Source: Trichodesmium erythraeum IMS101 (lineage in GTDB: Bacteria > Cyanobacteriota > Cyanobacteriia > Cyanobacteriales > Microcoleaceae). From it: 32,000 nucleotides of DNA. A program made the translations under genes and the position numbers. This document shows, piece after piece, positions 9,887-19,687 of this stretch (its first letter is position 1; every line of letters starts with the position of its first letter). Below the pieces are notes generated by a model. That model did no database searches. It was not told the origin of the DNA and saw only the letters and a list, made by a program, of their open reading frames with translations. The DNA lies in the NCBI RefSeq assembly GCF_000014265.1, contig NC_008312.1:1950001-1982000 (forward strand). The letters are read 5' to 3'.

Positions 9887-10086
9887 ATGACTAGAGGTTA
9901 TAGCTTGGGTGAGGATCAATGGGAACACATTCAAAATTTATTATCAGGATATGAAAAGACTGTAGACAGAAGCGTAAAGAACAAACACTTCTTTGTATTT
10001 GTGAAAGCTGTTTTATAAAGATATAGAGCCGAAATTTCAAACTAGAGACTGGCCATAAAGATTTGTGGACTTCAGGGTGATCTATA
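9887..10086 (+). pseudogene. IS5-family (IS427-group) orfA remnant, first part, split by the IS701-like insertion.
   Basis: 'MTRGYSLGEDQWEHIQNLLSGYEKTVDRSVKNKHFFVFVKAVLY...TRDWP*RFVDFRVIY' matches the DUF4096-type OrfA pattern. The frame continues exactly across the insertion into 11451 onward as '(VIY)NRFSPWSCSEVWEKVFHTLAEDI*'. Confidence 0.6.
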
Positions 10087-11445
10087 CAGGACTTACACAA
10101 AGACACTATATATAGTGTATAGCAAATAGAGTGATCGCTATAATTTTTTGATCGCGATCGCCAAGTATTTCTGATACTATCTCCATCCATAAAAACTTAA
10201 ATAACTGTCATTTTAAGTGCAGGATTTTTGAGTTCAGATGTTAGATATTTGAATAATAATTGATGTTTTAATTTATAGATAGTTTTTTCCATAATTTATA
10301 CCATTTTTTTTCAAATAATTCCAGACAAAAATAGCGCCATTAATATGATTTTTTTGAATTTTTTTCTTGACGACATTGGCAAAATTCTATTCCCGTTAAC
10401 TGCTTAAATAAGAACGTAAAATTCTTCTATTTTCCACCTAGTTTGCGACTCAAATTTACATCATCTGTAGAAAATTTACTGAAGTCATTAGTAACAATAT
10501 ATTCTGTTCTATTGGCAGAAATAGTAATCCAGAATAGCTTGACTTTTTTATTCCTTGTAAAACCTTTGATTTTTATTATTTTACCTGATATTTTTTATAA
10601 TTCATTCCAGCTTAATGCAGAAATATTTTTATATTTTTCTACACCTACAGTATCATCTACTAAACGATTTATTCTTAATGGAAAACAATAAATTTTTCTA
10701 TCATTATCTATCAATACCATTAATTTTTTTTTGCATACCAAATCTCCATCAATACCGTTTTAAATAGTAATTTCTTCTTATTTACCACATCAAACATCAT
10801 ATCTTCAACGTGATCTATTTTATTTTTTTTGTCACTATCTGGGTCATAAATACGATAATCTATTATCCAAAATTGTTCACTTTTCGGATTAAAATAGAGA
10901 CAATTAACTACTCCTATAGCCCGAATTATCTGATGTTCATTAACACTGTATTGTCGTCGCACAAATTCAATTTTTGTAGCCTATTTTTTATGAAGAACTG
11001 TATCATCAAAAATTAGGTATCCTTCTATAGTTTTGACAATTTCTTATTGGGCATTTCCCTACAAATCTTCTGAACTCAAATTTTCAATTTTTCAATAACT
11101 GTTTATTGTATCATGGCTAACTTTTTCTAGGTGATTTGCTAAATTTGTCATGGTATAATTTGTATGATAATAAAGTAAATATTGAAAATAATCAATATAG
11201 TTAAAATTCATATTGTTAACTCAAATCAACAATAAAATTATTCTCTAATAGCTAGGGTTTTCTGGCAAGATTTATTGAGATAGAGCAACACTTATACAGC
11301 TAAGGAAAATCAACTATACCTAAGCCTTAAGTTATTTAAGTTTTTATAGGACTAAAGCCACCAATAGTAAGCAATCGCTGTCTAAAAATTATAGCCATCC
11401 CTCTACTAACTATGCGCTATATATAGTATCTTTGCGTAAGTCCTG
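10087..11445 (-). mobile_element. Complete-length but decayed IS701/IS4-superfamily-like insertion sequence (1359 bp).
   Basis: The 31-nt inverted termini lie at 10087-10117 ('caggacttacacaaagacactatatatagtg') and 11415-11445. They are flanked by a perfect 5-bp direct duplication, 'ctata' (10082-10086 and 11446-11450). Minus-strand transposase fragments include ORF 10720-10962, 'RRQYSVNEHQIIRAIGVVNCLYFNPKSEQFWIIDYRIYDPDSDKKNKIDHVEDMM'. Confidence 0.8.
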
Positions 11446-11819
11446 CTATAACCGTTTTAGTCCTTGGAGTTGCTCAGAGGTCTGGGAAAAAGTATTTCAT
11501 ACTCTAGCTGAGGATATATAGCACTACCCATTTAAGTTAGGACATATAATTAGAATAGCGATCGCTAAATGGGAAGGGGGATAATTATTAAAATAGCCCA
11601 AATCCTTCAATGCTCCAACTATCTACTATGCCTGAACTTACCCCTAAAAAAAATAACACAATGCCCAAGCCAAAGTAGTTGAGCGCGATTTTTTCAACTA
11701 CCGGTTACTGGGTAGAATAGATGGGCTTTTAAGGCCCATATAGTACATTTGTATGGAAGGAAGTTCAGCTATGAAAAGACGTTAGGACAATTCTTAAATG
11801 CTGCATCAACGCAATCTCT
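11446..11819 (+). pseudogene. Continuation of the IS427-group remnant, mixed with IS630-type terminal-repeat fragments.
   Basis: The OrfA tail 'NRFSPWSCSEVWEKVFHTLAEDI' lies at 11451-11520. IS630-like terminal-repeat look-alikes are 'tagcactacccatttaagttaggacat' (~11519-11545) and 'gacgttaggacaat' (~11778-11792). There are many stop codons. Confidence 0.4.
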
Positions 11820-12962
11820 AATAGACATCTCCAAAAATTATCACTTCCCTTACTGTAACTATCTTCTCCAGAGCGATCGCCAGCTCCTCTAGATAGTCAT
11901 TTTTTATGATATTTATAGTATTACAGATAGTTATTGTTAATTATTTAGCATTTTTATGTAATTATTTATTGCTTTTTACTAGACCTAAAGTTAGGATTTA
12001 TGTTAACATTAGTGCTTAATCTCTTAATCTCACTAAACCACATATTGTTAAAATTACTTTTTCATAATTACTCTCTTTTAATCTGAATCTTTCTCGTGCC
12101 ACTTTAAATATTTTTATCAGTCTTATTACATGTTCTACAAATATTATTTTTTGAGCTTTTTTTTGATTCTCTTTCTTTACTTTGTATGACATTTTATGGT
12201 TTATTTTTTTTCTTTGGCCTGTCAATTCTTGACCCACCTTGATAACCTTTATCTCCTTGAAATCTTTGTTCTTTATCAAACTTTTTTTGTTGTTTTTTGA
12301 ATAAAATTATATCACTCTCTGGACCTCTTTCTCCTACTATTACATCAACTATTTTTTTTCCATTATCTGTGATTATTATTTGATTTTTTAACCTATGACT
12401 TTTTTGCTTTCCTGAGTAATATTTTTTCTGCTTTCCATCATTTTTTGGCCTGAATATATCCTGTTCTGTACTATCAACTATCAATTCTATTTCTGTCAAA
12501 GCTTCTTTTATCCATAAATATTCGTTTTTTTTCCCGAGAATTCCTCTAGTAAACTAGATGGTAATAATTCCATCAAAATATCGCTCCAAAGCCTGAAAAA
12601 TATTATTTGCTGTTGATTCACTAACTCCAAATATTGCTCCTAGCAGTTGAAATGTTGGTACATGATGCAAATAATATAATGTCAAAATTATCTCTTCCGC
12701 TTTGCCTAAAGACTTTTTTCTGACTCCTCCTGCCTTAATTAATCTTTTTTCTTCTTTCTTCGATCGTCTGTCTTTTTTTGTCTTCAACTTTTTGAGCATT
12801 TTCTATTAATTTTATTAGTTGTTTATCTGTAATACCAATAATCCTTTTTGTATATGGATGGATGATTATAAATATATTCTAATACATTATTCATTTGGGG
12901 ACAGCATATATATAATTGGGCACTACAATTTTACCTTAATTTCTATTTTGGAGAGGTCTATT
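11820..12962 (-). mobile_element. IS5-superfamily (HTH_Tnp_4/DDE_Tnp_4-like) insertion sequence, copy D. It is a diverged family member and is frameshifted.
   Basis: The termini are 'aatagacatctccaaaaa' (11820-) and 'ttttggagaggtctatt' (-12962). ORFs 12554-12799, 12194-12499 and 12016-12279 carry 'ILTLYYLHHVPTFQLLGAIFGVSESTANNIF', 'YYSGKQKSHRLKNQ', 'FQGDKGYQG' and 'IFVEHVIRLIKIFKVARERFR'. Confidence 0.8.
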
Positions 12963-13471
12963 AGTAGAAGTTTAAAAAAACTTGGGTTTACTCGTAAAAA
13001 AAAACATATGGTTATCAAGAAAGAGACGAAATAGAAAGAGAAAAGTTGGCCTTAAAACTGAATCAAATAGACAAAAAAGATATTGTTTATGTAGATGAAG
13101 CCGGAATAGATAATAATAGATAATAGAGAAGATTATCCTTATGGTTATGGATTTAAAGGCATTCATAGTACCAGGCATGAAGTCCGGAAAAAGAACTGAG
13201 AGAGTTAGTTGGATTGCAGCTATAAATCAATCAAAAATGTTTGCTCCTTTAACATTTACAGGAAGTTGTAATCGTGACTTGTTTGAGAACTGGTTGGAAA
13301 ATTGTTCCCATACCAAAATTACAACCAGGGCAAGTGATTATATTGGATAACGCAACGTTTCATAAATCAGTTTATATTGAAGAATTAGTGGCCAAGCAAA
13401 GGTGTGAAATCTGGTATTTACCACCATACTCACCAGATTTTAATAAGATAGAACGTTGGTGGTTTGTGTTA

Positions 13472-14417
13472 TAGCAGTCGAAGCAAAGATTAGGACATAA
13501 TGCTCGAAAAATTATCTAGGAAAGATTATGCCTTCTCCTTATAGCTATGACTTAAGACAAAAAGTTATTAAGGCCATTGATGGTGGGATGAGTAAAACTC
13601 AAGTAAGTTCTATATTTAAGATTAGTCGTAATACCATCAATACTTGGTTACATAGAAGAAGAGAAACTGGGGATATAAAAGCAAAAACAGGTTATCAAAA
13701 AGGATATAATCCCAAAATACCAGACTTAGAACAATTCAGAAAATTTGCCCAGATTAATGGCAGTAAAACTCAAAAAGAAATGGCTGATGAATGGCCAGAT
13801 AAGGTAAGCGATCGCACTATAAGTAAAGCCTTAAAAAAAATTGGTTATACAAGAAAAAAAAACTTACGGTTACAGAGAAAGAGATGAAGACAAAAGAAAG
13901 AAATTTCTGGCCAAAATTCGCGATAAAAGGCCGGAACAGCTAGTGTATATAGATGAATCAGGTATGGATAATAGAGAAGATTATGGTTATGGATGGAATG
14001 AATTGGGAAAAAGATATTACGATTTAAAGTCAGGAAAAAGAAGTCTAAGGGTAAGTATTGTAAGTGGTTTGTGTGAAGGAAAATTAGTTGCTCCATTAAC
14101 ATTTGAAGGCTCTTGTAACCGTGTAGTTTTTGAAAAATGGTTGAGAGAAAAATTGTTGCCACAATTAAAAACAGGACAATTAGTAATATTAGACAATGCA
14201 AGTTTTCATAAATCCCAAAAAGTTAGAGAATTAATAGAATCAGTGAATTGTGAGCTTGAATATTTACCACCATATTCTCCTGACTTAAATGAAATAGAAC
14301 ATTATTGGTTTCCAATTAAAAATCGAGTCAGAAAGTCAGAAGGAACAATAGAAAATTTTCGCATTGAGAGTTGATTATGCTGTTAAGTTAACGTCCTAAC
14401 CTTTGCTTCGATTGCTA
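13472..14417 (+). mobile_element. Compact IS630-family insertion sequence (946 bp), copy 2. It is the best-preserved IS in the window.
   Basis: The inverted termini are 'tagcagtcgaagcaaagattaggac' (13472-) and 'gtcctaacctttgcttcgattgcta' (-14417), flanked by TA/TA (13470-71 and 14418-19). It is inserted in the coding sequence of copy 1. Confidence 0.85.
13528..14374 (+). CDS. IS630-family transposase in two overlapping frames (13528-13887 and 13841-14374) that join at an A9 run.
   Basis: The N-terminal HTH is 'SYDLRQKVIKAIDGGMSKTQVSSIFKISRNTINTWL'. The DDE part carries 'VYIDESGMDN', 'ILDNASFHKS' and 'LPPYSPDLNEIEHYWF'. The frames differ by +1 at A9 (13854-13862). Losing one A would give 'GYTRKKTYGYRERDE', compared with 'GFTRKKK' in copy 1. 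Confidence 0.8.
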
Positions 14418-14936
14418 TAAAAAACGATCTGCAAACAAAGACTGAAGAAATTTGATCATTTTAGAGACTGTGTGGATGCAGCTTTTATAGAAAATCCTCA
14501 AGTTTTTCCGTAGTGGTGAAAGATATCAATTATTAATATAGAATATAGTTGCTCTTTGAGGCGATTCTCTCACTCGAGAGGCTTCGCGAATACACTCCCA
14601 TAACACTGTGATTCTTTTGTTGTCAGTTAAATCAAAGTGCAACGCGGGAGTCTATAATACCAAATTTTAATCCGAGCTGCCATGCTATAATTATTGCCTG
14701 GCAAGGATTTTCTGACATCCTTATGTCACATTATTTTTTCAGGCATGGCATAAAACTTTAAGGTAGTGCGATTGCGCCTCCGTTCCGTTGTCACGATCGC
14801 ATAGAAAAAATGTCAGTCATGTAGCAGGATGTATACTACATGAATGACATTGGTAGTATGTAAAGATGCCAGCGCTCATTGCTATATGTGGATTAATCGT
14901 ATTTAATTAGTGGGATAGGTTCATTGTCAATAGATT

Positions 14937-16048
14937 AATAGACATCTCCAAAATAGAAAATAAGGTAAAATTATCAAAACCATTTATGTATACAGTCTCC
15001 CAAATGAATCCAACTTTAGAATATATTTATAATCATCTAAAAGAAACAAAAATAATTATTAGTATTACTTATAAATAGCTAATAAAATTAATATAAAATA
15101 CCCCAATAATAGAATCATAAAAAAAGATTAATTAAAGCAGATGGAGTCAGAAAAAATAATTTAATAAACGAAGAATAAATAATTTTAACATGATTTTATT
15201 TACATCAAATACCAAGTTTTAAAACATTAGGAATTAACTTTGTTATAAGTGAATCAAGTGCTAATAATATTTTTACTTACTGGATAGATATTCTCAGAGA
15301 ATTACTGCCAGCAATTTTATTAGAAAAAGTAAAAAAAAAGAAAATGAATTGGAATTGGTAAAGGAGATATTAACAGAATTATAATTAATTTTAGATAGTA
15401 CAGAACAAGGTAGAGAAAGACCAAGTGAATATAAAAACCAAGAAAAATATCAAATATGAAAAAAGAAAAATTATACTTTTAAAAATTAAATAATAACGAT
15501 ACCAAAAGGAACAGAAATAGTGGATGTAATAGTAGAAAAAAAAGGTACAGTAAGTAATGTGAAAATATTAAGAAAACAACAGGATAAATTTGATAAAAAA
15601 CAAAAATTTTAAGGAGATAAAGCTGATGAAGGAGTAGAAAAAACTACTACACAAAAAAAGAAACCAAGAAAAAAAGAAATGCCACCAGAAATCAAAGAAG
15701 AAAATCAAGAAAAGCCCAAAAAAAGAATATTTTTAGAACATGTAATAAGATTAATTAAAATATTTATACTTCCTAGAGAAAGATTCAGATTAAAAGATAA
15801 TAATTATCGAAAAGTAATTTTAAAAATATGTAGTTTAGTCCGACTAAGAATTGGCTAATTTATATTAGTAAAAATCATCAAAAACTGAGATAAAAATAAT
15901 AAATCAAAGTCTAATAAATATTTAAATTAGTAACACGAAGTATCTCTGATAACCATAAAACTGTACAAATTAACTATCTTCAATGTGAGCTAACGCTCCA
16001 CTAAAAATAGTTAGTATAAGCGTTTGAGTATTTTTGGAGATGTCTATT
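14937..16048 (+). mobile_element. IS5-superfamily (HTH_Tnp_4/DDE_Tnp_4-like) insertion sequence, copy C, heavily decayed.
   Basis: The termini are 'aatagacatctccaaaatag' (14937-) and 'tttttggagatgtctatt' (-16048). Recognisable debris includes 'SESSANNIFTYWIDILRELLPA', 'RIFLEHVIRLIKIF' and 'ERFRLKDNNY'. No ORF of 60 aa or more survives. Confidence 0.7.
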
Positions 16049-16229
16049 GAGCTCAAAAATGATTTATCATATCTGTTGATAGTCTAAATTTTTTCCATCC
16101 TTTACTTGATTTTATCTTCAACTATTTAGTCTAAACTCCAGTCAGAAGAGTAAAATTCATCCTAGCTGCGACCTCTGGAACCGACATTAGAACGATAAGT
16201 GAACAACTATAACTACATAGAAGGCAAGT

Positions 16230-17290
16230 GAGACAGTGGTGAAAAAGGTCGTTGGAGGCTTCTGAACAACTGGCAATTGCTGAAACTCAACAGGTGAGCG
16301 ACAAGAAGTTAAAGACACTGATAGAAGACATTCTCAGTGATGCTCCCCGACCAAGAACAACCAAATTTTTCTCCGTGGAGCAAGTGGTCCAAATCGTAGC
16401 ATAGGCCAGTGAAGACCCAAGACAATCTCAAAGACCAGTGAGTCATTAGACTCCCAGGGAGCTAGCAGAAAAAGCCATAGATAGAAGAATTGTGGAGAAG
16501 ATTTCACCTCTTAGTGTGGGGCGTTTTTTAAAAGGAAGGGACTCTACAACCTCATGGTCATCGTTACTGGTTAAACTCTAATCCCTCTGACCCAGTAGCT
16601 TTTCGCGACCAGGTTAAATCTATCTGTCAGTGATATCTGTCGGCCCAAGAATTACTCGAAAAAGGAATTCATCTGATTAGTACCGATAAAATGACGAGTA
16701 TCCCAGCTAATGAGAGAATTGGCCCCACTCAACCAATAGAGCCAGGACAAGTCGAACGCAATGAGTTTGAGTACATTTCCCTAGGTACTCAATGTCTACT
16801 GGCCAACTGGCACATAGCCAAAAGACAAATCATTACCCCTTCAATTAAGGCCACCCCCAGAGAAGTTGATTTTCTGCAACACATTGAACAGACTATCCAT
16901 ACTGAATTCTGATGGAGGATGAATTTTTCGGATTAGAGCAACTCAATACTCATAAATCTGAATGATTAGTCCGTCAAGTGGCTCAATGTTGTGGTATTCA
17001 GACTGATTTGGGGGTAATACAGAAATCAGGTATTCGAGACTCTATGGTAACTCGTGCTGCTTTTTTGTCTGACGAGTTTCACCAGATTCGCTTTGTTTAT
17101 ATCCCTAAACATACTTCTTGGCTGAATCAAATTGAGTGTTGGTTCTCTATTTGGGCCAGGGGTTGACTCCGGCGTAGTAGTTTCTCTTCCACCTCAGAGC
17201 TCAAGCAGAAGATACTAAATTTTATTGACTATTTCAACTGTACTCTAGCCAGACCTTGTTGCTGGAAATTTCAGGGGTTTGAGCGAGGAT
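16230..17290 (+). pseudogene. Long-type IS630-family transposase pseudogene with many stops and frameshifts.
   Basis: Fragments include 'SDAPRPRTTKFFSVEQVVQIVA', 'PRELAEKAIDRRIVEKISPLSVGRFLK', 'LNTHKSE', and ORF 16978-17166 'CGIQTDLGVIQKSGIRDSMVTRAAFLSDEFHQIRFVYIPKHTSWLNQIECWFSI'. Confidence 0.7.
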
Positions 17291-17389
17291 GATTAACCAG
17301 ATTCAGATTTATGCTCATACTGGCTCAAGCATCAAACTCTATGCCGATCATTTTTAGCTTGGCTATTAGACCATTTATTTTACAAGTGC

Positions 17390-17905
17390 GATCACACTTC
17401 TGAGTATTCCATCTCAGGAAGAAGGCATCACTTCTACTGGTCACTTATTTCTCCCATCCTGTACTAGAGGTGGTAGAAAGCGAGATAGCTCAAGTGTCAG
17501 GTCATAGAGCCTATGCTCAACGCAAATGCTACTCCCAAGCATCTCATAGAGGAGCCAAACTGACCATACCGCCCCCTAAAAATATAGTAATATGACATCT
17601 AGGCAATTGTAAGAGTCCACCTCATACCAGATATGAGAACCTCAGAGAGATTCGTAGAGTAGGATATAAAAAGTGGAAACGTGAGAGGAGATAGCATAGA
17701 AGTTTTCTGTCAGAAAACTCCTGTGTAATGGTTGAAAGTAATATTTGGGGGTAAGTTACAACAACGCAAATTTGACAATCAGGCAGTGGAATTGTTCATA
17801 CAATGTGCTATACTTAATCGTATGATACAGGATTGTAAGCCAAAAAGCTACAAAGTAGAATTCTAATCAACTTCTCCCCACAAGAGAAGTTAAAGTCGCA
17901 ACATT
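17390..17905 (+). pseudogene. IS5-family (IS903-group-like) transposase C-terminal fragment.
   Basis: Translation fragments are 'AYAQRKCYSQASHRGAKLTIPPPKN', 'ENLREIRRVGYKKWKRE' and 'HRSFLSENS'. A terminal-like sequence, 'gcaacatttatgcaacaaagcccc', lies near 17885-17910. Confidence 0.5.
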
Positions 17906-18384
17906 TATGCAACAAAGCCCCAAAAAACTGTAAAGCTAATTATTAAGGTAAAGAACTATCAAATAGCTTCAGTTGAGATTGAAATTATTCCTAGCTGTTA
18001 GGCACAGGGGTAGTTCTAGCAAGCCAAAGCTCAAGGACGGTTTGAGATTTATTATGCTGCTGGAATTTCTTGTTGTATGTTGCAAAACTTTACCCTAGCG
18101 TGATCTTGGCCTGATGTGTCCGTTTTTTTATCTCGGATTGCTTGTGCGGGAATAATTAATTGACATTTAGGATAAAATATACTGAAAAAAATAACTAAAA
18201 AGTTGCCTGATAGGCGGGGGAAGCTTTAAACCAAATTTTTTACTATTCTTTTAGCAGGTAAGTAAATCCAAACACCAAAGCATCCTTTGTCGGTGTTAGA
18301 AATCTTTCTCCATGGCCTATTCTTGGAGTTAGAAGGATGTTAATCTTTCCTTTTTTCTGATTTATCATTGAAAAATAATTTTCT

Positions 18385-18987
18385 ATGCCTTCCCAACTTT
18401 GGCCTTATGTTAGTCCAGGTATCCCAGATGACTTATTTGAACGTTTACCTGGCATTCCCATGAGTAAGCGAGAAGTTCGCTTACTATTAATATCTTATTT
18501 ACGATTACAATCAGATTCAGTAGTATGGGATATTGGCGCAGGAACAGGAACCATACCAGTAGAAATTGGCTTAATATGTCCTCAAGGTCGAGTTATTGCC
18601 ATAGAAAGGGATCAAGAAGTAGCAAGTTTAATTAGGAGAAATTGTAACCGCTTTGGAGTGGAAAATGTCACAGTAATTGAAGGTAATGCTCCCGAATGTC
18701 TTGATAGTTTAACCGATGCACCTAGCCGTGTTTGTATAGAGGGAGGTCGTTACATCAAAGTTATATTGCAAGAGGTTTGGAAAAAATTATTACCACAAGG
18801 TCGTATTATTGCTACGGCTGCTAATCTAGAAAGTCTTTATGCTGTTTCTGAAAGTTTTGCGGATTTACAAGTTAGGAATATAGAGGTCGCCCAGTCGGCT
18901 CTGAATCGTCTGGAGACTAGAGGAGTATATCAAACCTTCGCAGCAGTTAATCCTATATTTATTTTGAGTGGAGAAAAAATAAATTAA
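18385..18987 (+). CDS. cbiT: Precorrin-6Y C5,15-methyltransferase (decarboxylating), CbiT subunit.
   Basis: An intact 200-aa ORF. The length, the N-terminal 'GIPDDLFERLPGIPMSKREVRLL' and the SAM-binding 'VWDIGAGTGTIPVE' are typical of CbiT. Confidence 0.85.
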   Translation: MPSQLWPYVSPGIPDDLFERLPGIPMSKREVRLLLISYLRLQSDSVVWDIGAGTGTIPVEIGLICPQGRVIAIERDQEVASLIRRNCNRFGVENVTVIEGNAPECLDSLTDAPSRVCIEGGRYIKVILQEVWKKLLPQGRIIATAANLESLYAVSESFADLQVRNIEVAQSALNRLETRGVYQTFAAVNPIFILSGEKIN

Positions 18988-19371
18988 TTTTTGCCTCAGC
19001 TTCAAGTAAAGAAAATTAACTATCAACAATTTTCATAATTCCTGAGGTACTTAGATTCCTTTGTTACGTGAAATAATAGAGTAGCTAGGGACGTTCATGC
19101 AACGTCCTGATGTTATAGTAATTTGAGCAACAGCGAATAGAAAAGAAAAAAAACAACAGGTTAATAGTGGTGGAGAGTTTGATCTCCTCTCCAGCTTTTA
19201 TGTGCGGGTATGTCTACCGAGGCTAATCTCAAGTGTGACGTTTTGCTGACTGCTCCCAAAGCTGCTGAACAAACCTAAACCTAATAACTTTAGAGATAGA
19301 TTATATTATGTCCGGTAGTATCGTTTATTTAAAACCTGAGGGATATGGCTACTTTGCAAGTCCTTGATAAA

Positions 19372-19540
19372 CTATGAGTAGGTCACCAAAACTTTGTTCC
19401 ATGAAAGTGACGATATAGCTGCTGTACTTGGCCCAAATATCAAACTTCCTCTCTGCTTTAAGGAGACATCATATTTAGACCAGTTGCTAATCTGGTACTT
19501 GGACTTGGAATTAGACTTACTCATATCTAGGTTAGTGCAG
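19372..19540 (-). pseudogene. IS5-family (IS903-group-like) transposase N-terminal remnant.
   Basis: Within ORF 19372-19677, 'SKYQISNWSKYDVSLKQRGSLIF' matches the conserved N-terminus of IS903-type transposases. Confidence 0.5.
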
Positions 19541-19687
19541 TTTTTTGTGCTATGAACTGTTATTTTGACCCTCTTTTCTTGCCTTGTTCTAGCTACCAAT
19601 AATAATAAGTGAGACCTCGAATGAGCGATATTGCTACGCAACGCTACCACGAATGCTATTTCATTAAGTTTATACATCGATCATCAA

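Larger units (their letters stand above)
12963..14520 (+). pseudogene. IS630-family transposase, copy 1. It is 5'-truncated by element D and split by nested copy 2 (13472-14417).
   Basis: 'SLKKLGFTRKKK', 'VYVDEAGIDN', 'FAPLTFTGSCNRDLFENWLE', 'IILDNATFHKS' and 'WYLPPYSPDFNKIERWWFVL' end at 13471. The sequence resumes after 14419 as 'KNDLQTK...'. Confidence 0.7.

Noticed and set aside
9891-11016. ORFs 9891-10190(-), 10443-10691(+) and 10810-11016(+) as genes.
   Set aside because: They lie in wrong frames or on wrong strands across the IS427-like and IS701-like debris. Their translations are low-complexity and span element boundaries.
17910-18384. Cobalamin (AdoCbl) riboswitch upstream of cbiT.
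   Set aside because: I looked for the B12-box and conserved-core sequences ('gccactg'-type and 'agycmgg.g.cc'-type elements) and did not see them. The region instead contains the ~135-bp repeat shared with the cdsA upstream region.
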